Below, piece after piece: positions 8,431 to 18,100 of a DNA stretch of 64,000 nt (position 1 is its first letter; each line of letters begins with the position of its first letter). The position numbers and the translations under genes are program-made. Source of the DNA: an uncultured Ignavibacterium sp. (GTDB lineage Bacteria > Bacteroidota > Ignavibacteria > Ch128b). The stretch spans positions 8,264 through 72,263 of the forward strand of contig CAYVTW010000011.1 in the NCBI GenBank assembly GCA_964454895.1, given 5' to 3'. Below the pieces are notes generated by a model that did not search any database, was not told where the DNA came from, and saw only the letters and a list, made by a program, of their open reading frames with translations.

Positions 8431-10362
8431 TTAGATTGTTCTCAAGATTTCTGGTTTTTTGACAGTTGTAACTCCATGAGTGGTCTTTTCCCAATAGAAA
8501 GGTTTGAAGATTAGTTGCCACAGAGCTTTATAGGCACCAAGTGAATGTAATATCCAATAAAATGGATTCAACAGAGCGTAAACCACAAGGCCATATAGTC
8601 TTCTTCTAAATACAGCAAGCATGTTCATGTAAACAACCATAGCATTTCCGATCAAGAGATTAAACAAAGAAATGTAAAGTACCCATGCTGGGAAAATTTC
8701 TGAAATCCATTGAGGTCTAAATATTAACCAAGTAATGAATAGAATCCATAGTGGTAGGTTAATTAGGAATGTTGCTGGGGTTCCACCAATGAATAGGAAG
8801 AATGCAAACATTCCTCTGAATCCAATTTTCTTATATAACTCAATTGGATTTCTCATGTGAACAAGGAAGGTCTGCATATAACCCTTAACCCATCTGGAAC
8901 GTTGGCGGATCCAGCTTCTAACTTTCTTGTTCGCCTCTTCATAAGTTGTTGAATTTATTGTTCCAACTTTATAACCTTTAGCATAAGCACGTACACCCAA
9001 ATCAGCATCTTCAGTAACATTAAATGGATCCCAAGCATTTAATTCAACTAACTTTTCCTTTATAAAATGATTACTTGTTCCTCCTAATGGAATTGGTACA
9101 TTTAACCTATCCATACCTGGTAACATATAGTCGAACCAGTATGAATATTCAAGAGTGAACATTTTGGTAAGAAAGTTTTCATTTGCATTGAAATAATTTA
9201 ATTGAGCTTGAATACAAATAACATCTTCAGGGAATTTTTTGAATCCAACAATTGCTTTTTTTAGTTGATCGGGTTCGGGGATGTCCTCAGCATCATAAAT
9301 CGTAACCACTTCTCCTCGACAAAATACTAAGCCATAGTTACACGCTTTCGGTTTTGTCTTTGGCTGCATATTAGGGACAACGATACATTCAAATATAGAG
9401 GGAATATCAAGATTTCGAATTTTATTAATTGTCGCAAAATCATCTTCCTCAAGTAAAATTTTTATATCAAGCTTATCTTTCGGATAATCAAGTTGACTTA
9501 ATGCATAAATTAATGTTTCAATCACTTCAGGTTCTTTATAAACAGGGAGAAGAATACTATAGACCGGCAAATCTTCGTCATGAAGTTCTCGGATTTCTGC
9601 TTGAGTTACAGCTTCGTATAATTCGAATCTAGCACCGGCAAGAGTTAGTACAAATTTAAAGCCGATCGAGAATAAGTAGAGCAGATTTACTATTGCCATC
9701 AATATTGTGAAAGTAACAGCAGCATTAATTGAAACACCAATGATAAATGCTGTTCCGAGTAAAGCAATTAAAATTACCTGAGGTAGAGTGAATGTTTCTA
9801 TAGCTGAACTTCTTTCATCTTCAATGAAGAGGCTATAGACAGCACTTTCTGCTAATTCTTGACCAAATGCTTTATGGAGAACCCATTGAATATCAACATC
9901 TGTGGCATAAAAGATTTTCAGTGTTGATTGACTTTTTTCAAATATATAATCAATCGATTCTTCATCCAAAGGATTTATCATCGCGACATAAATATAGTCA
10001 CCATTTCTCTTAAATGGGCAAATAAGTTTATCCTGTAAGTATGTTTGATCAAAAGACATTAAAAGTTCATAATCGATCTCTTGAGTTAATAAATCAACTT
10101 TACCAACTGGAACAGCTTTTCTAATTACAGTTTCATAATCTTTTCTAGAAATAAAACCATAAAAAAGAAGTGCTTTAGGAAAATAAAGCTTTTCTCTTTC
10201 AGCAAATGCTTCTATTTCCTCAATTTTTTCTTGAGAGAAAACTCTTTCATTTATTAAAACTTTTTGCAACGCCTTTTTTTCAAGACTGGAACCAGAGCCC
10301 GAGCTTGAAAGCTCGTCCGGCACCAACATCTCGTCCAAAGGCGTCCACGCTGTATCCGACAT
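8431..10362 (-). CDS. Processive family-2 glycosyltransferase, cellulose-synthase (BcsA)-like, with N-terminal GspE_N/MshEN-type domain and no PilZ domain
   Basis: GT2 catalytic motifs in order: YDAEDIPEPDQL (DxD), NVTEDADLGVRA (TED), QRSRWVKG (QxxRW); 2 TM helices before and about 4 after the catalytic domain; C-terminus ends after the last TM helix (no PilZ RxxxR/DxSxxG). The N-terminal 190 aa align to the T2SS-E N-terminal domain pattern (ELLMSFDQTYLQDKLICPFKRNGDYIYVAMINPLDEESIDYIFEKSQSTLKIFYATDVDIQWVLHKAFG). Confidence 0.7.
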   Translation of the reverse strand: MSDTAWTPLDEMLVPDELSSSGSGSSLEKKALQKVLINERVFSQEKIEEIEAFAEREKLYFPKALLFYGFISRKDYETVIRKAVPVGKVDLLTQEIDYELLMSFDQTYLQDKLICPFKRNGDYIYVAMINPLDEESIDYIFEKSQSTLKIFYATDVDIQWVLHKAFGQELAESAVYSLFIEDERSSAIETFTLPQVILIALLGTAFIIGVSINAAVTFTILMAIVNLLYLFSIGFKFVLTLAGARFELYEAVTQAEIRELHDEDLPVYSILLPVYKEPEVIETLIYALSQLDYPKDKLDIKILLEEDDFATINKIRNLDIPSIFECIVVPNMQPKTKPKACNYGLVFCRGEVVTIYDAEDIPEPDQLKKAIVGFKKFPEDVICIQAQLNYFNANENFLTKMFTLEYSYWFDYMLPGMDRLNVPIPLGGTSNHFIKEKLVELNAWDPFNVTEDADLGVRAYAKGYKVGTINSTTYEEANKKVRSWIRQRSRWVKGYMQTFLVHMRNPIELYKKIGFRGMFAFFLFIGGTPATFLINLPLWILFITWLIFRPQWISEIFPAWVLYISLFNLLIGNAMVVYMNMLAVFRRRLYGLVVYALLNPFYWILHSLGAYKALWQLIFKPFYWEKTTHGVTTVKKPEILRTI

Positions 10363-11113
10363 ATCCTGACATGTGTTTGTTGAACTTATAAACTATTGCT
10401 GGTTCAATTTTCAATAATGAAAAATCAAGATTCCTTAAAAATATTTGACTAAAAGTCAAATTTTGATCTACTTTATCATGATTTCCTAAACCTAAAATCA
10501 AACTTGTTGAAAAAAGTATAGTAACTCTTCTCGTAATATTTAAGCCAATAGTTCCACCCGCTCTTAATTGGTCTGATGGTGCTTCGAATCTTTTTCTAAT
10601 ACCAAAATAAATTTCCCAGAATCCTTGAGACATAGTCCTCCCAAACGGAGAACCGACAAGTGCTGTAACTTGCAAATCTACTTGTCCATTACCGAGTGGT
10701 GGATCACCAGGATTAGTGTAAAATGGAAAGGCAACTAAAAATTGCAAAGCAAGACTTGGAATATCTCTGCTCAACTGAAATTGTAGCCCTACTTCTTGAT
10801 CTCCAAAACCTCCATTGGTAATCAATCCGATACTATCACGATAGCTTAACCCATAATAAAACATATTAGCTAAAAACATTATATCATCATCAAGGCCGTA
10901 CTCATAATAAAGATTTGTTTCATACTTTGTAAAAATTCCTCCAAGTGGTAGAAAAAATCTTTCTCCATTTCTGTTAAAAATTGTTTCAGAAGAGTAAAAC
11001 GATTGAACGCCTGATAGAAAATACCTGTTCGTTTTCTGTTGCCATACACTGGCTTGCAGATTAACTATTAAGAATACAACTAATAACAATGGGTTAAAAA
11101 AGAATTTAACCAC
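10280..11113 (-). CDS. Small outer-membrane beta-barrel protein (porin-like); start uncertain, probably non-ATG near 11113
   Basis: Track ORF 10280..11167 overlaps the upstream gene by about 60 nt; a signal-peptide-like segment KFFFNPLLLVVFLIVNLQA starts about residue 19; alternating amphipathic beta-strand pattern and C-terminal ...LGLWFQS; 3' end overlaps the GT2 start by about 80 nt. Confidence 0.4.
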   Translation of the reverse strand: MVKFFFNPLLLVVFLIVNLQASVWQQKTNRYFLSGVQSFYSSETIFNRNGERFFLPLGGIFTKYETNLYYEYGLDDDIMFLANMFYYGLSYRDSIGLITNGGFGDQEVGLQFQLSRDIPSLALQFLVAFPFYTNPGDPPLGNGQVDLQVTALVGSPFGRTMSQGFWEIYFGIRKRFEAPSDQLRAGGTIGLNITRRVTILFSTSLILGLGNHDKVDQNLTFSQIFLRNLDFSLLKIEPAIVYKFNKHMSGYVGYSVDAFGRDVGAGRAFKLGLWFQS

Positions 11114-13205
11114 GGGCAATTCTAACTCCTCTTCTACTTCTTGTGTAAAGCAAAATAGATAAACCAATGATTATAATCCAAGCAATAATAATCCAAATGT
11201 ATTTGAATTTATCCCATTGGATACGGACTGGGACTTTTTCAACAGGTTGCGTATATAAAATTTTGTCAAGCGCTTCCGCTGTTTTGAAGACGAGTGGATA
11301 ATCAGCCCCACTCATAATAGCGACATTTCCATCTATATTGCCAATCCTTTGGCTAAATTGATCTGCAAGTTTGACAAGATATCCTTTCCCTTCCTGACCA
11401 TAGCTCGACACAAGAAGTACATTATTGCTTGTTAATGTCTTAGTTAATTGCATAACCGCAATAGGCATGTTGTCAGAGTACTCGAACATAACTTGCCTAG
11501 TAGAACTACTTATTATTTTAAAACTCTGACTTAAATCCAGCGGAAGATACTCGAATGAGTCTTTATTGTATTTAACGTCAGAAGATACAACAATATAATT
11601 GTTATTTGAATTTTCCATAGTTGCAAACATCTCTGCAAATGACATTATCGGAGGAAAGTATTGTTCCTGTTTAGATATTTTTTGAATTGCGTTAATTATC
11701 GAGGCTGCAGCTTGAATATGTTCAGGAAGTGGATTCGATTGAAATACTACATACGTATTAGTTAAAAATGAATTCGGGAAGTTATTGAAGTTTGATGCCT
11801 TATCCACATTTTCGGCAGTTACATCAAAGTATGAGTAAGAATAAACCTCGCCGACAAATTGAGTTAAATCATCTCGACATTCGCCTTCATCTGGAAAGTA
11901 ATTAAATTCAATTTCAAAAGCGTTAATTTTTTTAAATAGATATTTTGGAAGTTGAACCACTAAACCGTTAATTGTTCCTGTGTGGTCAAGTCTTTTACTT
12001 TCTATCAGAACATCGTTCAGATAAATGTTAATAAACCCATTTTGAAAATTTTGCCTGACTGGAGTGTATTTAGAGTACATGTAAAAATCTACAGAACCGA
12101 TAAATTTAGCCAATTCAAGTTCAGATATAAACATTGTAATTCTTAAACTACCTATTCCTTTAGTCTGAATTCTTTCAAATCCTAATTCATCTAAAGTTAA
12201 TCTATATTTATTACCAACGAAAGATTTAATTTTGAAAGGCTCTATGTATCTTACCAACGAAAAATTTGAAAGTAATTTATGATACTGTTTCGGATTAACA
12301 ATTGCAGCAGCAGATTTTTGAACCGTTTTATCATTATCACCTGTGACATATAAAATCTTTGTCCCGTTGATAATCCTGACAAATAACAACCCATCTTCAG
12401 TGGTGAATTGTTGTTTAGCCTGGTTAATTATTTCTGCTCTCTCGATCGAATACGGAACTGGAAGACTTAATAATTCATCTGTTTTACCAACTGCAATAAC
12501 ATGAGTGAAATCATTTATTTTATTTGGATCAATTTCTTCGAAGCTTCCATAAAAAATATTTTCCGATTTTACTAAATCGAGTATCCTTGCATTTAACCAC
12601 ATCACATTTCCAGCTAGAACTGGATTCATTCTCTTTGGAGTTAGTATAAGGATACGATCAAATTTATCACTAAGAAAATCTGCAATAGTATTCTTCAATT
12701 TCTCTGAATAACTTAGAACCAACTTAGATTTTTGTCTAATGACAATCCAAAGGCCTTGTGTAGCTAAGTCTCTACATCTATCATCTGTTATATTCAAGTA
12801 GCCACCAACTTCAATTTTCAAAAGTGGTTTTTCACTTATCAACAAATCTTCAAGTTTCACATCATTCAGAGGAATACGAATTATTGGATTTGCAGAAATA
12901 TTTTTGAAAAATGTTGTATACACAGGAACATCATTGATAGAAATCTTTAGATTTGAATAATCACTTAAAATTGTCGAAAAACTTGCGTGTAATTCAAAAT
13001 AACTATTTTGAAAATCTATACCTCCTCTTGGAACTGGGAAAAATAATACTTGGGCAGGTGTAATCCCATAAAGAACTATATCCTTCTGATACCCAATATC
13101 TTTTAATGAAATCTCCTTAAAATTTTGTGCATGAGAAAAACTCAGAAATACTTGCAATAAGATAGAAATAAAAAGAAAAGAAATACGCCTACTATTTTTA
13201 TTCAT
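11106..13205 (-). CDS. bcsB: Cellulose synthase regulatory subunit BcsB homologue (periplasmic, C-terminal TM anchor)
   Basis: Signal peptide, about 640-aa periplasmic region and a single C-terminal TM helix (YIWIIIAWIIIIGLSILLY-TRSRRG), as in BcsB. The segment DDRCRDLATQGLWIVIRQKSKLVLSY matches the conserved BcsB block (E. coli QDVCENPASTTLWLDVGRSSGLDLTY) position by position. Confidence 0.6.
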   Translation of the reverse strand: MNKNSRRISFLFISILLQVFLSFSHAQNFKEISLKDIGYQKDIVLYGITPAQVLFFPVPRGGIDFQNSYFELHASFSTILSDYSNLKISINDVPVYTTFFKNISANPIIRIPLNDVKLEDLLISEKPLLKIEVGGYLNITDDRCRDLATQGLWIVIRQKSKLVLSYSEKLKNTIADFLSDKFDRILILTPKRMNPVLAGNVMWLNARILDLVKSENIFYGSFEEIDPNKINDFTHVIAVGKTDELLSLPVPYSIERAEIINQAKQQFTTEDGLLFVRIINGTKILYVTGDNDKTVQKSAAAIVNPKQYHKLLSNFSLVRYIEPFKIKSFVGNKYRLTLDELGFERIQTKGIGSLRITMFISELELAKFIGSVDFYMYSKYTPVRQNFQNGFINIYLNDVLIESKRLDHTGTINGLVVQLPKYLFKKINAFEIEFNYFPDEGECRDDLTQFVGEVYSYSYFDVTAENVDKASNFNNFPNSFLTNTYVVFQSNPLPEHIQAAASIINAIQKISKQEQYFPPIMSFAEMFATMENSNNNYIVVSSDVKYNKDSFEYLPLDLSQSFKIISSSTRQVMFEYSDNMPIAVMQLTKTLTSNNVLLVSSYGQEGKGYLVKLADQFSQRIGNIDGNVAIMSGADYPLVFKTAEALDKILYTQPVEKVPVRIQWDKFKYIWIIIAWIIIIGLSILLYTRSRRGVRIARG

Positions 13206-13268
13206 TACTTTAACTCCTTAATCTAACTACTGCATATATAATAAGATACAAGATAAAAGTCAAGTATT

Positions 13269-14678
13269 TCAAGAAAAAATTTTTAGTATGGCAATATTTT
13301 CAATGTGGTAGGTTTGAGGGAATAAATCGATAGGTTGCAAAAACTCAATTTTGTAGGTTCTCTTAAATTTTGCCAAATCCCTTGCTTGGGTAACAGGATT
13401 ACAACTTACATAAATAAAAATAGATGGTCTTATTCTAAGGATGGATTCAATTGTTTTCTCACTCATCCCAGATCTGGGGGGATCTGCAATGACAATTATA
13501 TTTTTATCGATTAAATTCTCATCAATTTTAAAACCTTCATTTAGATTTCTTTGATAGAAAAAAATATTTTCAAGATTATTCAATTTGGCATTTCTCTTTG
13601 CAGCTATAACTGATTCTTTTATATCTTCAAATGCAATTACTTTGTCAAAAAATTTAGACAATAGTATTCCAAAAACCCCGACTCCACTGTATAGATCTAT
13701 CAAAACACGCTCCTTTGATTCGATATTATTATTAAATTCATTTTTCAATAAATTGATTATGAATTGAAACAATCTTTCAGCCTGTTTTGTATTGGTTTGG
13801 AAGAATGTATTCGGATAGATCTCAAAATCATAATCCAATAATTTTTCATAAATATAACCTCGACCAAAAATGGTAATAAAATTTTCGGGTAATGTCGAAC
13901 TAATATCAGGACTACTTATTACATTAACGAAAGTAGTTATATCAGGAAAATTTTTTTTAAGTACTGATGCTAATCCGGACATAATTTTTTCATCATATTT
14001 TGTAGAGACAATACCAATCATCTTCTCTGGAGTATTTTTAGACTCTCTTATTAATAATGCTTTTAACAAACCTGAACGATTTTTAAGGGAATGAATAGAG
14101 ACATCCGCGTCAAAAAGAATTTTGCCTATAAAATTCCTAATTTTATTGGAGAATTCTGATTGGAGATAACACTCGTCAAGATGAATTACTTTTTCGTATT
14201 GCTTGGGAATATGTAACCCAAGTGCAAATTCTTTTTCCTTTTCGGAATATGAGATATTTTCGAATAACCATCGTTTAGCAAACGAGAATTCCATTTTGTT
14301 TCGATAAAAATATTCATTATCAGATGGAATTACATCATTAATCTTAACACCAAATATTTTGGAAATTCTTTCAAAAGCTTCTTCAACGAAGTCTCTTTTA
14401 ATCTTTAACTGTTCCTCGTATTTAAGATCTTGAAGTTTGCATCCACCGCATAAACTAAAATATTTGCAAATCGGATGAATTCGTGAAGGTGAACTCTCAA
14501 TAATTTCAATAGCTTGGGCTTCAATATAATCCTTTTTGATTTTTCTTATTCGTGCTTTCACAAGTTCATTCGGAAGACACTTATCAATTAGAACTATTTT
14601 CCCTCCAATTCTACTTAGACATATACCTTGATTGACCATTTTTTCTGTTCTGATAATTATTTCATCATTTTTTTTCAT
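13269..14678 (-). CDS. rlmD: 23S rRNA (uracil-C5)-methyltransferase RlmD/RumA (TRAM + 4Fe-4S + class I SAM MTase)
   Basis: N-terminal TRAM domain, Cys cluster CKYFSLCGGCKLQDL...C, SAM motifs DLYSGVGVFG and ADPPRSG, catalytic region FDVDLFPQTYHIE-like C-terminus. Confidence 0.8.
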   Translation of the reverse strand: MKKNDEIIIRTEKMVNQGICLSRIGGKIVLIDKCLPNELVKARIRKIKKDYIEAQAIEIIESSPSRIHPICKYFSLCGGCKLQDLKYEEQLKIKRDFVEEAFERISKIFGVKINDVIPSDNEYFYRNKMEFSFAKRWLFENISYSEKEKEFALGLHIPKQYEKVIHLDECYLQSEFSNKIRNFIGKILFDADVSIHSLKNRSGLLKALLIRESKNTPEKMIGIVSTKYDEKIMSGLASVLKKNFPDITTFVNVISSPDISSTLPENFITIFGRGYIYEKLLDYDFEIYPNTFFQTNTKQAERLFQFIINLLKNEFNNNIESKERVLIDLYSGVGVFGILLSKFFDKVIAFEDIKESVIAAKRNAKLNNLENIFFYQRNLNEGFKIDENLIDKNIIVIADPPRSGMSEKTIESILRIRPSIFIYVSCNPVTQARDLAKFKRTYKIEFLQPIDLFPQTYHIENIAILKIFS

Positions 14679-14827
14679 TTCTTACCTGTAATATTTTCTT
14701 ATTACTGTAATTTCCACAAATGAAATTTCTTTCATCTACAAATTTCAACAATTTTTTACAACTTTTTAGCAGGTATTATTATTGATTATAATCATGGTTT
14801 CCCAAAACTCTTCTGAACCTCCTTTTA

Positions 14828-14858
14828 GCCCGGTACTTCGATACCGGGCTCTTTTTTA
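14828..14858 (+). terminator. Strong Rho-independent terminator (GCCCGGTA-cttcga-TACCGGGC + TCTTTTTT) with no protein-coding gene upstream on this strand
   Basis: Perfect 8-bp GC-rich stem, 6-nt loop and U-tract read directly; the reverse orientation lacks a U-tract. All neighbouring genes to the left are on the minus strand. Confidence 0.55.
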
Positions 14859-15186
14859 AATATAATTTCTTTATGAATATCATAGCGGTTTGCTTCACAA
14901 CTAGTCCATTTGCTCCAAAAATCAACAAATAAGATTGAAGTTATAATTTCAAACAATAAATCTACTTTGAAATTAAAGTAAAGCTAAACTTCATATAATA
15001 AAATTTAAAGGTTCATTCATTTCAAAATAAAACACCTCTCAAATTGAAACACTCTAAAGAAATAAAACCATCAAAAACTGACAAAAATTTCAGCTTAATA
15101 AGGGGCATAACAATTGGCATTTAATAACTAATGAAAAAGTTTTCAAAAAAATCATTAGCAATAATTAAAAATTCATGGAGGTTAAC

Positions 15187-18100
15187 ATGAAACCTTTGAT
15201 ACAAAATCAATTCTGGCCAATAATCAAGTTAGTGGTGAGTTTTTTAATGATTATTGGCCTCATTTTCCCCACGAACTCAAATGCACAGAGTTCAAACTGT
15301 GACTTAAGTAAATTTGTCACATATACGCAAGGTGGTTGGGGAAACAAAGGAGGGAAAACTTGTAGTGGGGTTACGTTCATTACTGTTAAACAACTTGAAA
15401 CTGGAGCCGAGGTTTCAAAAGGTAATGGGACGGATAAACTTGGCTCAAATACAACTTTCACTTTCCCTAATGGTAAATCCGTAGTAATTCACACTTCTTG
15501 CTCACAACCTATCTATATAGGAATGACAGTTACAGCCGATGGATTTACTTACAAAATAACTCAACTCACAACAATTCCCTCCTCGACTACTTCTAATCCA
15601 GGAACAATCAGGGATTTATATTTTTCGGATGTATTCCCAACTGGTTTAGAAGTTGGAGGAATTTACAAACTAAAATTAACTTCTGCTTACGCAGTGGAGA
15701 AATTTTTACCCCAAGGTGGAAGTCCAAAAGCATTGGATAAAAACTACACTGACCCAACTAGCACGAAAGCAGGAGTTTTTGCGGGCCAAGTTGTGGCTCT
15801 TAAAATGAATGTTGCTTTTAATGATGCGGGTAAGATTGGTAGTGGTCCAGTTAAACTTGGTGATTTAATCGTTACAGCAGGACCTCTAGCAGGTAAGACA
15901 GTTTATCAAGTATTAGACTTAGCAAACATCGCACTTGGTGGTGGAACTACTCCATATACAATTTCGCAATTAAATGAAGCAGTAACCGATATTAACGAAA
16001 ATTTCAAAGATGGTAAGTACAATAAAGGTTTCTTAAGGTGCCCAGATTTACCGCAACTTGGTTCAATCTCCGGAACAGTTTTCTTCGATGTTAATGGTGA
16101 TGGAACCATGAATAACGATGAATTTGGGCTTCCAAATGTAAAAGTATACCTCTATTCAAATTCAATTTTAATCGATTCTACCTTTACAAACGAATCAGGA
16201 TTTTACAAATTTTCAAATCTGAATGCTGGAAATTACAGCGTAAAGGTTGTTGATCCATACATGTTGATATTAACAAATCCACCAAACCCAAAATCAGTAA
16301 TTCTTGCAAGTGGTGAAGCTAAGAACAACATTAATTTTGGTTACAAATGTGGTCAGCAACTTGCAAAAATTTCGGGTTATGTTTATGTGGATGCAAATCT
16401 TAATGGAATAAAAGATCCTGGCGAAGCACCACTAGCTAATGTAACAATCAAACTGTATGATCAAGATGGTGTAATAATAGGAACTACAACTACAAACTCG
16501 AGTGGATACTATGAATTCAGTGGATTAATTCCTGGAATTTATACTATTGAAGAAATAGACCCTGATCTATACAGAAGCACAACACCAAACTATATAAATC
16601 TTACACTATTAGCTGGACAACATTCACAGAATAATAATTTTGGTGATATACTTTCAGCTGATATTTGTGGGATGGTTTTCAACGATGAGAATGGTGATGG
16701 AGTTAGACAACCTTCTGAGTTAGGTATATCTGATGTTTTAATTGAATTATTTGAAATGCCATCGGGTAGTTTTGTCGCTTCAACAATAACTGGTGTCAAT
16801 GGTGAATATTGCTTTGGCTATTTAATTCCTGGAACTTACAAAATTAAACAGACCGATTTACCAGGATATATAAGCACAACTCCGAATGAAATAGTTAGAA
16901 CAGTAAATCAAGGCGATAAGAGTTATAACAACAATTTCGGTGATAAAATCGTAACGATTATGAAAGGTTCGATTGGTGATTTTGTGTGGAATGATTTGAA
17001 TAAAAATGGAATACAAGATCCAGGTGAACTCGGAATGCCAAATGTGATTGTTAAGCTTTACGATTGCAGCAACAACTGGATTAAAGAAATTACAACTAAC
17101 TCTAATGGATACTACAAATTTGATAGTTTAAATCCGGGTTCATATCAGATACTTATTCAACTACCATCTGGATATGCATTTTCACCAGCAAATCAGGGCT
17201 CTGATGATACAAAAGACTCAGACATAGATCCTTTAACCTGGAAATCACATTGCATTAGTTTACTAAGCGGACAAAATATTACTAATGTAGACGCTGGAAT
17301 ATATGAATTACCAACTTGCTCGATTGGTGACAGAGTATGGAATGATTTGAATAAAAACGGTATACAAGATGCTGGTGAGCCAGGTGTACCCAATATAAAA
17401 GTTAAACTTATCAGTTGTTCAACTTCTAATGTAGTTGCTATAACCACAACTAATTCTAGTGGAAATTATGTTTTCAATAATATTCCTTCGGGAAATTATC
17501 AAATTAAATTCTATGATTTACCGAATAATTGGGTATTTACTACAAAGGATGCTGGTTCAAATGACTTAATCGATTCCGATGCAGATCCATCAACAGGAAT
17601 GACCATTTGCTTCAATGTTGATCAATTCAATTGTGACAGCAATTCAACAAGGTGGGACGCTGGTATTTATTTCAATCCACCACAGCAATTTTGCTCAATT
17701 GGTGATAAAGTTTGGGAAGACTTAAATATAAATGGTATTCAGGATCCTAATGAGCCTGGAGTTGCGAATATAAAAGTGACTTTATTCGCTTGCTCTACAT
17801 CTACACCTATTGATGTAAAATATACAAATGCACAAGGTAATTATCTCTTTTCAAATGTTCCTGCTGGAAATTATTATATCAAATTTGAAAATATACCAAC
17901 CGGTTATGCTTTCACATTCAAAGATGTTGGATCTAATGATTTACTTGATTCAGATGTAGATCCATTAACGGGTAAGACAGCATGTTTCCCAGTTGATCCC
18001 AATGATTGCGAAAATAATTCTGTAAAATGGGATGCTGGAATTTATATCTGCCCACCAACATTTGAAGTCAGTGGTATGGTATTTAATGATTTGAATGGTA

